Assembly: GCF_032191835.1 (NCBI RefSeq) | Contig: NC_083240.1 | Coordinates: 48,484,001-48,548,000, forward strand | Direction of reading: 5' to 3' | DNA: 64,000 bases | Origin: Heteronotia binoei | Taxonomy: Eukaryota | Part shown: positions 11,829 to 23,932 of the stretch, one piece after another | Numbering within the stretch: the stretch's first letter is position 1 | Layout: the number at the start of each line of letters is the position of its first letter | The notes under the pieces: generated by a model | Told to the model about the DNA's origin: nothing | Database searches by the model: none | Seen by the model: the letters and a program-made list of their open reading frames with translations, nothing else | Program-made: the position numbers and the translations under genes

Positions 11829-14315
11829 TCAAACACTTTGTGAAAATGTCAGCAGCATTTTCTTCAGACCTGCACTTTGTCCCCTTCCCCCAAACCCAGG
11901 AATCTGTTCCACATACCAGTCCTGGTCTAGTGGGGAATTCAGACAGTCAGTCTCAGAGCCAATGTGATGTGCTCTCTGCCCCGAGCACCCAGCCTTACAC
12001 AGTGCGGCTCTTAAAGTCTTTGCTTTCAGGGTTGGAGCATATACCTGCTCGTAATCAGAACCCTTCCTTTGGGAAAACCCCCTGGCAACCAGCCTAGCCT
12101 TCCACTGCACTGCTCCGTCAGCAGCTTTCTTGACCTTGTAGGTCCACCGGCAAGTTATTACATTTTTATCAGCTGGCCTTGGCACCTTTGAGAACACCTT
12201 GTTCTTCAGCAGAGAGTCGTACTCTCGCTCCATGGCTGAGAACCAAGCCTGCCTTTCTTCGCTTTCCAGTGTTAACACCTCTTGATAGGAGTCAGGCTCA
12301 GGCACACACACATGGTTAACCTCAGGAAACCCATACCTCTCAGGAGGAACACCCTTGGTCACTCTGGAGGACACGCATGGCCCCTGGCTAGTACCGGGCT
12401 CACTCTCTCCCAGAGACACCTCCTGAGTTGGTGATTCATTTTCCTGTTTTACCTCCTGTTGCTCTGTCTCAGAGCTGTTCTCTGAGCACGGCAGTAAAAC
12501 TGCACTTTCACTTTCAGAGCCATGTAGTTTTTTCCAGTTGCTGTGCTCGTTAAAGCTAGCAGACCGGCTGTACGTTATCTTAGCTTCCCTATTACAGAAG
12601 CGATAAGATTTCGTACTTGGCTGATATCCCAGAAAAGTTAAACACTTAGCTTGGTCACCTCCTTTCCTACGGTGCTTCAAAGGTATATTCACCCAGGCTT
12701 AAGTACCAAACACCTTGAGAAACTCCAAATTGGGCAGCTTCCCAAACAACATTCTGTAGGGGATATCATTTGTGGCTTTTGTCCACACTCTGTTACAAAT
12801 ATAAGCAGCAGACTGCATAACCTCCGCCCAATAGGAAAACGGGAGACCTGCATCCTCCACCATGGCGTACATGATTCCCTGGAGGATGGCCCCTTTACGT
12901 TCTGCCAGGCCGTTTTCAGAGGGAGTAGCTGGGTTTGCCAGCCTGTGCACAATCCCCCGGTCCTTCACCCAGTTTTCAAAACTCTTGGAGGTAAACTCCC
13001 CTCCTCTATCTGACTGTAGAGCCTTTATTTGCAAGCCTAGCTGCCGCTCTATAGTCTTTGCCCACCGTGAGAAACACTGGAATGCCTCAGCTTTGTGTTT
13101 CATGGTGAACACCCAGCAAAACCGGGAATAGTCGTCGGTCATGGCCAGGCAGAACCTATTCCCCTAATGGCTCCTGGAGAAAGGCCCCTTTACGTCCAAA
13201 TGCAGCAATTCCAGAGCTTGCTTAGACACTCTGGAGCTCTGCTTTGCCACAGTGCATGCTTTACTTTTAACTTTCTTGCACACCTGGCAGTCAAGAAAAC
13301 ATTTACAGGGCTTAACCTTCAAGTCAGGCAACAGAGACAGGGTCTTGTTTAGTGCATGGAATCCGCAGTGCCCTAGTCTGCAGTGGAGCAAGTGCACACA
13401 CTTATCATGTGCAGGCACATTAGATACCTGATCAACTCTGACAGACTCATTCCCCAGCACGTAAACTTTATCCACCCTTTGGCCAGTAGCCAGCACCTTC
13501 CCCCCTCTCAGTACTTTACAGCATTTACGAGTGAACAGAACATCAAACCCTTGATCAACAAGAGCACTGACACTCAGCAAATTAGACTTTAGGGAGGGAA
13601 CACACAGTACATTCTTTAGCTGGCAGCTCACAGACGGAAAATTAATGGCACCTTCACACTCCACAATAGCTGTTGAGCCATTAGCCAGCCGCACATGGGA
13701 GAGTTTGGAGGCTTGAGAGTCTCGCAACAAACCTCTTGAATTACAAAGGTGGCTCGTAGCTCCCGAGTCGAGTATCCACGGCGACCCAGCACACGCTGCA
13801 GACGTCACCAGCCGAACTTGCTCCTCACAGCTGCTTGTGGAATGCTGACTCCTCTTCCCCTGCCGTCTCTGTCGTCCAGCTTCTGGACAGGCACGCAGGA
13901 GGTGAGATGCAGACCCACACCGGTAACACCGCCTCACAGCCAATGCTCTCGGCTCTGCCTCTGCCTTCGGCTGCTTGCCAGCATCTACACGGACAGGCAC
14001 TCCTCCAGATGCTCCTCCAGATGGACGCTCCCCAGCCAACATTCCTGGACAGACAACAGCAGCCACTCTCTCCTGGAAATCATATAGATGAGCGCAGACG
14101 TATTCCATCATCAAAGCAGCGACATTCATGGTCTCCAGTGAAGTAATGAGCGGGGAAAACTCCGGAGGGAGGGAAGATAACAGGATGAAGACTCTGTCTT
14201 CCTCCGCAATCACCTTGCCCCGGGTTTCCAACTCGACAAAGCAGTCGGTCAGCTCCTTGATATGCTGTCTCACACACCCACCGGCTGGCATCAAAGTGTG
14301 AAACTTAAAATACAA
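11829..14315 (-). mobile_element. Ty1/copia internal region (gag-protease-integrase-partial RT), frameshifted
   Basis: gag ILLSSLPPEF; CCHC CYRCGSASHLLRAC; protease WILDSGATSH; pre-integrase HCRLGH; integrase DDYSR...SDRGGEF...ENGLAER; RT start WTYKVK...KARLVARGFSQ. Integrase precedes RT, the copia order. Most of RT, RNase H and the 5' LTR are absent. Confidence 0.93.
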
Positions 14316-14801
14316 ACATGCTTAAAACTCCTGCAATGTTTTGTTTAAAATGGAAAGGTGGGGGAATAGTGGAATTTGGCAAAGTGTTATGCAAAAGGTT
14401 TTTGGATTGGATTCGGATTTGGCAATACAATTTTACAAATAAAGCATCAAGAAAAAGCACAGGCCCTGCAGAATCACAGTGGAAACTAAAAACACAAACC
14501 AAAAATATAAAATGTTCTGGGTTTAGGAAAACATAAAATGGCTGGGCATTGTAAACTCTTCCCCTGCCCCCAGGTCTACTCAGATTGGCAATGCCTCTCC
14601 AGCGTCATATCTCCCTTTGGCTGTGGGTTCCCAGGTCAGAGTACTCACTCAGCACCCAGGTCCATTCAGCAGAAACAAGCTGGCTTGAAGCATCAAGCCT
14701 TCATTTGTAAGGTCACACAACTCCAGCAAGGAACAGCTTCTTACTGACCATATAAATGCTGAAAAGTGAAACTGAACTCCACTGCATTAAAATACAGACA
14801 A

Positions 14802-15144
14802 AGGGGTGTCAAACATCTGGCCCACGGGCTTTAATGTGTTTGCACAGACAAAGCTGCAAGGAAAACACACAAATTTTGGATTTTCCATAAAGGTCTCTGT
14901 GCTCAGATTGATTACTCCCAAAGCAGTCTATCTGGGCATAGAAACCTTAATGGAAAGTTCATTCCGCATTTTCTTTGCAGCTTTGCAAACCCAGAATTGC
15001 TTCCTGCTGCAACCTGCAAAGGCAAGAAAGAAGGAGCTGGGAACTGGCAGCCTCAGGGCTTTAGAGAGAAAGGACAGGAGGGGGGGGAGAAAAGAGCCCC
15101 CCAGGACTGTTTAAAGCCCATGGGCCAGACATTTGATACCCCTG
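14802..15144. mobile_element. hAT-type MITE
   Basis: TIRs aggggtgtcaaacatctggccc / gggccagacatttgatacccctg; no matching TSD found. Confidence 0.7.
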
Positions 15145-16878
15145 CTCTGAGGTGTGGGTGACGGCGTGTTTGGTCCCCTGACGAGAATCTTGCCCATTTG
15201 CTAGGTGTCTGGAGAATTTCTCCAAAAGATGTTGTGGGTGAAAAGGGGGGGCCTCTCCCTTGACAAAACCTCCTTTTCGTCTCCCTCTGAATCCTTCACC
15301 CTCTGCTCTTGCTCTGGAGAATGGGGCCATGGGGAGCCCAGGATGTCTAGTCTGTGTCTGGGTTGAAAAGGGCCTGGCTGCCATATTTGGAGCTGCTGCA
15401 TTCCTGACTGCCAAGTGGGAGGGTTAATGATTGTGGCCCAAGAGGGATTTATTCCACTGCTCCCCATAATGCCCCAGAGCAGTGGTCCCCAACCCTTGTG
15501 GCACCAGGGACCGGTTTTGTGGAAGACAGTTTATCCACGGACTGGAGTGGGGGGGGGGGCACAATGGTTTTGGGATGATACAATAGTGCACTTTATTAGT
15601 TTGGTGTAGTGGTTAAGTGGGTGGACTCTTATCTGGGAGAATAAGGTTTGATTCCCCACTCCTCCACGTGCAGCTGCTGGAATGGCCTTGGGTCAGCCAC
15701 AGCTCTCTCACAGAGCTGTCCTGTCAGAGCTCTCTCAGCCCCACCTATCTTACAGGGTGTCTGTTGTAGGGGAGGAAGATAAAGGAGATTGTAAGCCACT
15801 GTGAGATTCGGAGCGGAGGGCAGTATATAAATCTAATATCATCATCTTCTTACATTGTAATATATAATGAAGTAATTATACAACTTAGGGCCCAGTTGCT
15901 AACAGGCCATGGACTGGTTCCGGACCATGGCCCGGGGGTTGGGGGCCCCTGCCCCAAAGCATGATCAGGTTCTAGCCAATTGATGTGGTTCTAGTCCTTG
16001 CCTGGAGGTGGGGGGGGGGAGGAGGCCTCTCTTTGTTTCTTGCCGATCTCATGTTTTGGAAAATGTTGTATTGGAAGCTGCTGCCTGCTGGGCCAGCCAT
16101 CGGCACCTTCTGGACTGTGCTTCTTCCCTCGGTGTGCGTGGGCAGGGGAGTACAACCCAAAGTTTTGTTTCCCTTCCCCCCGATGTTTAATTTTGTGGCC
16201 TTTCGGAAGTTCTCTAAAGCCCTGTCCCTGCTACCCAAGGCTTTGGGCAGGGGAGCTTCTCCCTTGCCTGCTTTCTTCTTGGAAGACAAGGCTATCACCC
16301 TTTCAATGCTGGAGGACAGTGAGGACCTCCACTGCTCCTATCCGCCAGTTTGGCACGGAGCGGAGCGCAAGTGTCGTGCTGGAGAATAAAGTAAAGTAAG
16401 AGCTATCCAAACTGGAGGGTCAACCTCACTCTCTCCAACAGGGATCCTCACACAGCCCTGCCTGGAGTGAGAGGAGGCATGACTATCCATTTGGAGGACT
16501 TCCCCGCTGAAGAACCTTGTTTTGTGATTCAAACCTTTCAGCCTGCCACTCTGCAGAGCTTGCAAGCACTGCCCTCTAGTGGCAAGGGGTTTCTTCAGAA
16601 GTTTCATGAGGAAGGGCTTACCTGGAAACGGGACACAACAGGGCTGGTTACCTTGAGACCCTGGAAGCCCCCTGAGCAGCAGACAGCTGGAATCAGGGCT
16701 TAGGTCCTCTGAGCTCCTTTCAGAGGAGCAATTCATGATGGACTTAAAAATTATTGTCCTAATATTTGCCTTTGGGGGTATTTTGGTGAACTTCTGTGTT
16801 GAGTTCACAAAGCTGTATGTAATTTGATGGTCTTCTACTGCATGTTGTTCTGGAGATGGGAATTTCGAATCATGCAAG
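15145..16878 (-). pseudogene. Candidate decayed large coding exon of an unidentified gene, split by a MITE
   Basis: ORFs 16338-16877, 15972-16298 and 15201-15467 lie in one frame once MITE 15480-15951 and one TSD copy are removed (~400 codons, three TAG stops); preceded by acceptor-like gacttttcag; protein not recognised. Confidence 0.4.
15480..15951. mobile_element. hAT-Charlie-like MITE carrying a nested SINE (~15595-15845)
   Basis: Ends cagtggtccccaacc / ggttgggggcccctg; 8-bp TSD ccccagag / ccccaaag. Confidence 0.8.
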
Positions 16879-17918
16879 CTGAAAAGTCTTTAAAAGGGCC
16901 AAAGAAAAGTGCTGGGAGGCAGAAGACCTGCTCTCCGACAGACAAACAAGAAGCAAGACCTATGACCCAAGCATTGGTAACCTATTTTACGACATCCTGA
17001 GTGCAACCAGGCAACTGCCAAGTAAGTGAATACAAGACAGATTTCAGTAGTATTTAATAATATTAAAAGGCCTTACAAATGTGTATCAGAGGGTAAGCAT
17101 ATGTAGACCATTGTTAAATGTCCCTCCTCCACAAACCACCCATCAGCCAGTCCTGTGAGGACAGGAAAAGGTTAGCTCCATGCATGTGGCAGAGGGGCTC
17201 TGGAGACAGGTCCTGCTTGCAGGGAGCAGAAATGAAGCCCAACAAGGAGATTTCCTCTCTTCGCAAGTTTGATTCAGGTGAGAATTTTAAAAAAAAAATT
17301 ATATACAAGGCAGAATTGTAGCACTTCATTGTGTTGAACACGCAGATTAGACCTAAAATAGCTCTCTATATTAGACATTGATCTTATTGAAGGAGAAGGG
17401 TGTTCATTTTCTGCATTATCAATGTTTTTTGGGGGGGGGGAGAAGCAACTTACCAGATGAACACATCTGGAAGACCCAGAGCTTATAAGATCTGAATACT
17501 CCCATCACTGACTGTTTAGTACTTTGACACAGCAAGTGAAATTATTAGATTTTTTTTCTTTTAAAGTAACTTTCTGAACAGGTTCTTCAAGTCTCATTTT
17601 AAGACCACTATACCGTGTCTTTTGCATTAGATAAGTAGGTCTCCAGCCATATCAACCAGAGTTTTATATTTATACTCAGAATAAGGCCCATTGTGGAGAA
17701 AAATACCATGGACTCTAGAAGGAGGCTCTGGATGAGTGCCCCCCATTCTTGCTGTCTTCGCACCCACCCAAGTGAAGGCTTCCACTTCCCCCCACCACCA
17801 CCTCAAGGACTTTTATTATTTTATGGAATAGATTCTGTAAAATTGGGGGCGGCTAGTCAACGTTGCCAATTTTTGAGATCAACAGCTCTTCCTTTCTGAC
17901 TAAAGGTCCCAGCAGCAT

Positions 17919-18169
17919 TTAAGTTGTCTTCTGTTTTTCTCCTGAGCTGTATGAGGGATGGAACAACATGGTCCCCAGGAGGAGGAGGGGGATCAGCAAA
18001 TATGGGCTATAAATGGCACAAAGCCTGAGGCGCTCTAGCCACGTCTGTGGTCCTGCGGGCTTGGAGTCTGAGAAATCGTGGAACAAAAAGTGTGCCAGCA
18101 GGGGCACCAGTGTTGTGGCCACATGTGTTGCATAGATGATGGCAGGGGTTCGAATCCACTTGCAGTTAC
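17919..18169 (-). CDS. TMEM97: TMEM97 (sigma-2 receptor) coding exon 3
   Basis: (G)NCKWIRTPAIIYATHVATTLVPLLAHFLF...YSPYLLIPLLLL...EKQKTT*; AG acceptor at 18170-18171; C-terminal KxKxx ER-retrieval motif. Confidence 0.96.
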
Positions 18170-18779
18170 CTGGATTTAAAAGGAAAAGGAAAGATTTTTA
18201 GTCCCTTCTTTCCCATCTTGAGTTCCAAACTGTTATATAATGTATGTGCCGACAGCAGTGATGAAGAAGAAGAAATCTTGCCATGGCTGGCAGGTGCCTT
18301 CCCAGGGTGGTCTTATAAATGCTATTCTCTACCCCGGGGGTCCACCGCCTTTGTGAGCCTCTGGCCCCCCTTGCAATGCTGACCGCCTGTGGTGGGTGTA
18401 GGCAGCTGCTGCAGAAGGCAGAACCAGTCACAACATGGCTGCTGCAGCTTCCCTTCAATCACACAGGGAAGGAAGAGCCTTGGGCTGCTGCCAAAGACTC
18501 TTTTTAAAAAGACCTGCACGGCCAGTGAAGTCCCCAATGGCCAATCAAAAACCTACCTGGCCTCCCCCACCTGGTGGGTGTCATGGTGCGTGGGGGATTC
18601 CGGCTCAATCGGTTCTTCAGAGGGGGATCAAGCTGGCCTCTAAAGGGACTCCTCTGTGCTTGCACCTGGAGTGTTTCCCCCATTGCAATCCCTTTTCTCT
18701 TTCCACGTGAGGCCAGTCTGCATTCAGGCCCCAACTGTGGGCAGGCAGCCCCTTTCCCCCCTCTCCCAAATAAGTCATT

Positions 18780-19380
18780 TTCTACCAATACCAAACCTTT
18801 AATAGCATAACAATTGCAAATGAGATACACAGAATGTAAAAAGTTTAAACATTGGAGATAAAATCAAAAAGAAACCCAGATTACAAATGCATTCTTACAT
18901 GGTCAGATTTAAATTTAAGAATGTCAGCCAAAAATTATGCCACAGCCTCGCTAACCTCCCACTCAGTATCATTCAGTAAATAAAGACAGGGTGGCAATAT
19001 AGACAGATCTGGGGAGAAGAAAAGCTTGCAAAATGGATCTTTACAGAGAATATTTGGAACAATCAAGCAATATATGCTGAATTGAGTTGGGAATATTCGC
19101 TCCACAGGAACAGAGTCTATCACATAAAGGGACTCGATGATATCTCCCCTGTAAAACTTTGGGAGGGAAACGCAGTTCATCTAGCCAACATAAATGCCCT
19201 GCGATGACTTGGAATGGTTAAGTCTGATAAATAATGGGGCATTTTACCACCAAAAACTCTGAGACCTAGGGATGTTGGGGAGCAGATAGAAGGGTCTGTT
19301 GGGCATGGTTTCATTTCTTCCAACGATCTCAGTTTAATACATCTGAAGATATATGACTCATCAGATGTCATTTTCTAAAA
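18780..19380 (-). mobile_element. LINE 3' fragment related to 10176-11030, in TMEM97 intron 2
   Basis: PHYLSDLTIPSHRRAFMLAR-like frame, degraded; boundaries approximate. Confidence 0.5.
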
Positions 19381-20637
19381 GCAGAGGGGGGGATCTTTTC
19401 CTGCCCTGTCACTGCTGGGGCAATATTTTGTCCTATTTTATTTTCCCCTCATCCAGGCTGTCATGTGAACTTTTTTGTTTTTAAGCACTGAGCAACACAA
19501 GCTGTGCTGTTGTTGGTAGTGCACAAATACAACACTGTGTGCATGTGTCTTTCAGTGATCCTCACACACATTTCACTCTGGGGGGGGAGGGAAATCACAA
19601 AAGGGAGGGGGGATCCAGGCTTCCCAGCTTGTTGCCATTAGCATAACCAAGGGAAATCTGCTGGACCCCCCATTGGGCTTGAGATAACAATCCAACTTGG
19701 AATGCAAAGCGATTCTGCCTACACAAGGCAGAGGGAGGAATCTGCTTCTCCTGAGAGGGGAGGGAATTGGCACCAACCTCAGGGGGAACCAGGGAGGGGG
19801 GGAGGATCTTCCTCACTGGCTTCCCCAGAGCACAAATGTTGCCCAAAAGTAGGGAGCGATTAATTCATTAAAGGGAGTCAAATGAGAAGAGAGTAGAAGG
19901 ATTCTAGTACTGAGGCTGCTCAAACATGGAGGTTTAGAAGAGGAGGAGGAGGAAGAAGAAGAATTATTTCAGCTGAGTGATTCCCAAGCAGTGGTATGCA
20001 TATATTCCAAATTAAAAAGAAAGGTTGGGCAGACAATCACAATGATGGCCTGACAAGGAGGAGGTGGTAGCCCAAAATGCATCCAGTGTAAAAGGGAAAA
20101 TGGATTCTCTGTTGCATCTGGAATCTCTGTGGAAAGTGTGAACTGACAAACAACACTTCAGAGCATGTTCCACAGGGACACCACCCCCCTTCCTGCAGCA
20201 CAGAAGCAGCCGAGGCGATTAGAAATCCAAGTCACGATCTCCCCACCTTCCCTAGTATCTGAAGTTTCAGCAGCTTCCTTCTGTGCTCCCGCCGAATGGA
20301 GCTTTATCCAGATGGACTAGAAACAAGCATTTAAAAATTCAGTTGTCCTGGGTGCTGGACTGAGCCCAGCACCAGACCAGTGCGATTGTGGTGCAGTGGC
20401 CAAATTCAGGGCCCCCACTCTTGACACAGCCTGTCCTTCCAAAAGGAAGCAGGAAGTGACACTTTCTAGGGCTGCTGTGATGGATGAGAGAAGCCCCAAT
20501 GCCTGGGTTGAACATAGCAAAAGTGGGGCTGCCTGGGGTTTTCAATGGGCCTCCTGTTTGCAGTAATGGGGAGAGGCCCGGCTCCCTCCTAGGGCCAGAA
20601 GCCCAGCCATCCCCTCCCCCCAACCTCGCCCACTGAC

Positions 20638-20782
20638 CTTTCCAGAATGCATAAGCTGCCACAGGGAAGAAAGGCAGCTGCAAGAAGACTTCACAGAACA
20701 GGAAGGATTTGAACCAGGCAGGGCACTGGGCCACCAAGGGGTCCTTAAATGAAGTTGTGTACCAGTTGAGCATCTCTGTCAG
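20638..20782 (-). CDS. TMEM97: TMEM97 coding exon 2 (145 bp)
   Basis: [48 protein letters not shown]; canonical AG/GT; phases consistent. Confidence 0.97.
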
Positions 20783-22159
20783 CTGAGGAGACACAAAAAG
20801 TCAGAAAACTTACTTTCCCCACCGATACCTCAACCTTCCAATCATCAGCTAGCTGCAGAAGCAGCCCAGCAACTCCATTTACTTGGGCAGGAAAGAAAAA
20901 CCTCTGGGAAGTAGAACTGTCAAACAATTATTCAAACTGATGGTTCTACTCCCCAGTGGTTTTCCTTTCCTGACTGGTATTCACATTTGGGGGTTCCCTT
21001 TATTTGGTTGCTCACCCTATTTACTCTCCCAGCCAGTTCCTGCTTCCCTTCACCCTCCCCCACAGTGCTCTGCGCCTTGGTCACCAGCTGCTTCTGTCAT
21101 GGTGGTGGAAAGAAAGGGCTGCCCAGTCCAGTCACAGCCAGGGCATGCTGCCCAGGGGAGGGGATCCCTGCTGGTGCCGAGAGTGAGAAAGGTCAGCCAC
21201 AAAGCCTGGACTGTTTCCACCAAGCGCTCACCCAGAGGTGCTCAGGGCCCTTTCTGTGTTCAATCTAAGTCCGGGGGCAGGGAGCTGTCGGACAGCGTCC
21301 TACTTCATGAGTCGGGGGGTGACCTGCGGGGAGCATCTGTAGGGTGCTGGAGACCATGACTGGGTGCTAAGGGGCCCTTCGTTGGGATCCTGAGCTGCTT
21401 GGGCTCCGTCCTGTGGGTGTGGTGGAAGGGGCTGCTGTGATTGTTGACTTAACGGGGCCATTAATGGGCTCTGCTGGCATTGCTTGCCGATGCAACTTTG
21501 CCCCTGTCCAGGGGGAGCCATCATGCCCCCAGCGGGCCCACATCCCTGCCAGCAGCGCCAGCAGTCCTGAGCAGTGGGGCCGCCTGAGGCCTCTGGTGCA
21601 ACTGGGGGGGGACTCAACCTGACATGTACTGGAATGCTAGAAGGGTCAAGCTACAGCCACTGAAATTAGGATCAAAATAAATACTATATGGTGTACACAA
21701 TAGTAAAATTAAAAACACAAGGCCTGAATGAGTATCAGGCTGCATTAAGATTCAAAGCAGGCGTTACATAAACTGCAATAACTTCCCCAATAAAGCTGAT
21801 GAGCATGTCCAATGTGCAACACAAGACAATACACGTTGCAGCCTCCTGGGCCTTCCTCAGCAGTCAATAACAACCCTTTTAAGACTCCACGTCGATCCTG
21901 ACCAGATGTCATCTCGTGCATTGTGTCAATTAACAAAGCAGTCTATGGCAACTGCTTTGTTGATGTTATAATCTAGTGTCAAATTCTGGGTGTGCGTGGC
22001 ACCCCCTGGAATGGAATCTGAGGGGAATGTGTATTGTCACGCAATAATTCAGCAAGAAGCGCACAAACACGCACTAGAGGGAAGCGGAACCTGTGACTGG
22101 CCAAAGAGCCGGAGTTCCGGGGCCACCGCGGAGGAGGCCCCTCTCCCTCTCTCTCTCAC

Positions 22160-22276
22160 CGGCGCGGGGTGCCAGGCGGCCGAGAGGGCCTGGGCGTCCA
22201 GCAGCAGCGTCAGCGGGATGTGGCTGGCGAAGTAGAGCGCGAAGAGGCCCTCCAGCGCCCGCGCGGCCGCCGCCAT
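22160..22276 (-). CDS. TMEM97: TMEM97 coding exon 1 (117 bp)
   Basis: MAAAARALEGLFALYFASHIPLTLLLDAQALSAAWHPAP followed by GTGAGA donor; joined CDS 513 bp = 170 aa. Confidence 0.95.
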
Positions 22277-22426
22277 CGCCGCTCCCTCCCCTCCCCGGGC
22301 AGGCCGCGGGGGACGCTGGGGCCGCCAGACCGGGCCTCTGCGCAGGTGCGGGGGCGGGGCGCGCTTCCCGGCATGCCCTGCTGGAGGGAGGGAGGGAGAC
22401 GGGCGCGTGGCGGGCGGAGGAGGAGG

Positions 22427-22519
22427 ATGGCGTCGGGGGCGCCGCTGGGCTGCTCGCTGCGGCGGCTCAAGAGCGACTCGCACTGCCAGATCAGCTGCTA
22501 CTTCGACCAGCACTACATG
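22427..22519 (+). CDS. NCBP2/CBP20-like cap-binding subunit paralog, exon 1
   Basis: MASGAPLGCSLRRLKSDSHCQISCYFDQHYM aligns to the CBP20 N-terminus (SDS...Y.DQH); GTAGGC donor. Confidence 0.85.
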
Positions 22520-22615
22520 GTAGGCGGGGGCGGGGGGGGCTGAGCCGCGGAGGGAGGCCCGGGCGGGGGGGGCTGTGCTGCCGGGCCTGTCGCTCAGCGG
22601 TGCCTTCCTTGCCAG

Positions 22616-22797
22616 GGGATCCCCGAGCAGCAGCTGAAGGCGCTGCAGACCTCCACCACGCTGTACGTGGGCAACCTCTCCTTCTACACCACCGAGGAGC
22701 AGATCCACGAGCTCTTCTCCAAGTGCGGAGACGTCAAGCGCATCGTCATGGGGCTGGACAGAGTGAAGAAAACCCCTTGCGGCTTCTGCTTTGTGGA
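22616..22797 (+). CDS. NCBP2-like exon 2 (182 bp, RRM)
   Basis: [61 protein letters not shown]; followed by U12-type donor GTATCCTT. Confidence 0.95.
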
Positions 22798-23793
22798 GTA
22801 TCCTTGCCTTTGAGCGCTAGTTATTATTTAAAACTTCTCAGTGCTGCAGTTCCACCCAGTTGGAGTCCTTAAGGCAATCAACATTAAAAAAAATCAAGCT
22901 GTTAAGATACAGTCGAGAATATAACATTCAATTAAGAACGCTGGAAGGAGGACCAAAAACCATTCTTGGGGGTTTCCAGATCAAGCAGAAGTCTTCACCT
23001 GCTGGCAAAAGACAATAGAGAGGGGCAGGTTAATCTCCTAACACAGGGAATTCCAGAGTTTTGGTGCCATAATGGAGAAGGCCCTTTCTTTGGGTGCCAC
23101 TCATCTGGTTTCAAATGGCAGGGGCAACCAAAACAGGGCCTCCAAGGATAACCAGAGTGAGTATGCTGGTCCCAGGCTGTGCTGGGCTACAAAGGTAAAA
23201 ACTTGCACCTTGAATTGAGCTGGAAGCCAGTGTAGGTGGAACAAGACTGGAGCAACATGGTCACTGTTGACACACTCCAGTTTGTTGTTCTGCTACCCTT
23301 TAAAGCCCTAAATGGCCTGGGGCCCTCATACCTTTAGGATTCCCTCTCCTGGCACGATCCTCCCAGTCTTCATCTAGTGTGTTTAAGATTTATTGGGCTT
23401 GAATCTAGTGACTTATTCTGATTGCATCCCTCCTGTAAAACTGGTTATTTGAGTGGGGCTCTGAAGTAGTTTCCTACTAACCAGGCTGAGAGACTTGCTT
23501 CGCTTTAGAAACAGCATTGTATTGCACTTAGTGTTCAAAAGAAGAAACCCAACCACAGAAACAGTGTGGGTACTCAGAAGGCTGAAACAACAAACTGAAA
23601 AATAACAAAGTATTTATTACACAGTGTAACAATTGACAGTTAAAAACAAGATAGATGCATAGAAATACTAAAATCCAACCTATAGAAATGTCATTGTTGA
23701 TTGGGGGAGGGGGCTTTGGGGACCTCCTGTCTTCTCTTGAGCTCGGGGCCAGCCAGTGTCAAGTCTTCAGATGTCCTTACAGCAGTGTTCCAG
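22798..23793 (+). other. U12-type (minor spliceosome) GT-AG intron
   Basis: 5' site GTATCCTT; branch-like TCCTTAC at 23774-23780, 13 nt before the intron end (acceptor ...ttccag); no long polypyrimidine tract. Confidence 0.88.
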
Positions 23794-23932
23794 ATACTAC
23801 ACAAGAGCAGAAGCTGAGCACTCTATGCGGTTCATCAATGGAACCCGGCTGGATGACCGCATCATCCGAACAGACTGGGATACCGGGTTCAAGGAAGGGC
23901 GGCAGTATGGCCGTGGGAAGGCAGGTGGCCAG
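23794..23932 (+). CDS. NCBP2-like exon 3 (139 bp)
   Basis: [46 protein letters not shown]; GTAAGG donor. Confidence 0.96.

Larger units (their letters stand above)
22090..22800. promoter_or_regulatory. CpG island / bidirectional promoter of TMEM97 and the NCBP2-like gene
   Basis: Very GC/CpG-rich; divergent ATGs at 22276 (-) and 22427 (+); GC box ggggcggggc near 22350. Confidence 0.85.

Noticed and set aside
16895-17277. Plus-strand exon-like segments (donors caa|gtaagt at ~17022 and cag|gtgaga at 17278)
   Set aside because: The first segment has an open frame, but splicing it to the second gives an early stop; no recognisable product
22049-22872. Long ORFs of 219 aa and 259 aa across the CpG island
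   Set aside because: GC-rich stop-poor shadow frames overlapping the real TMEM97 and NCBP2-like exons
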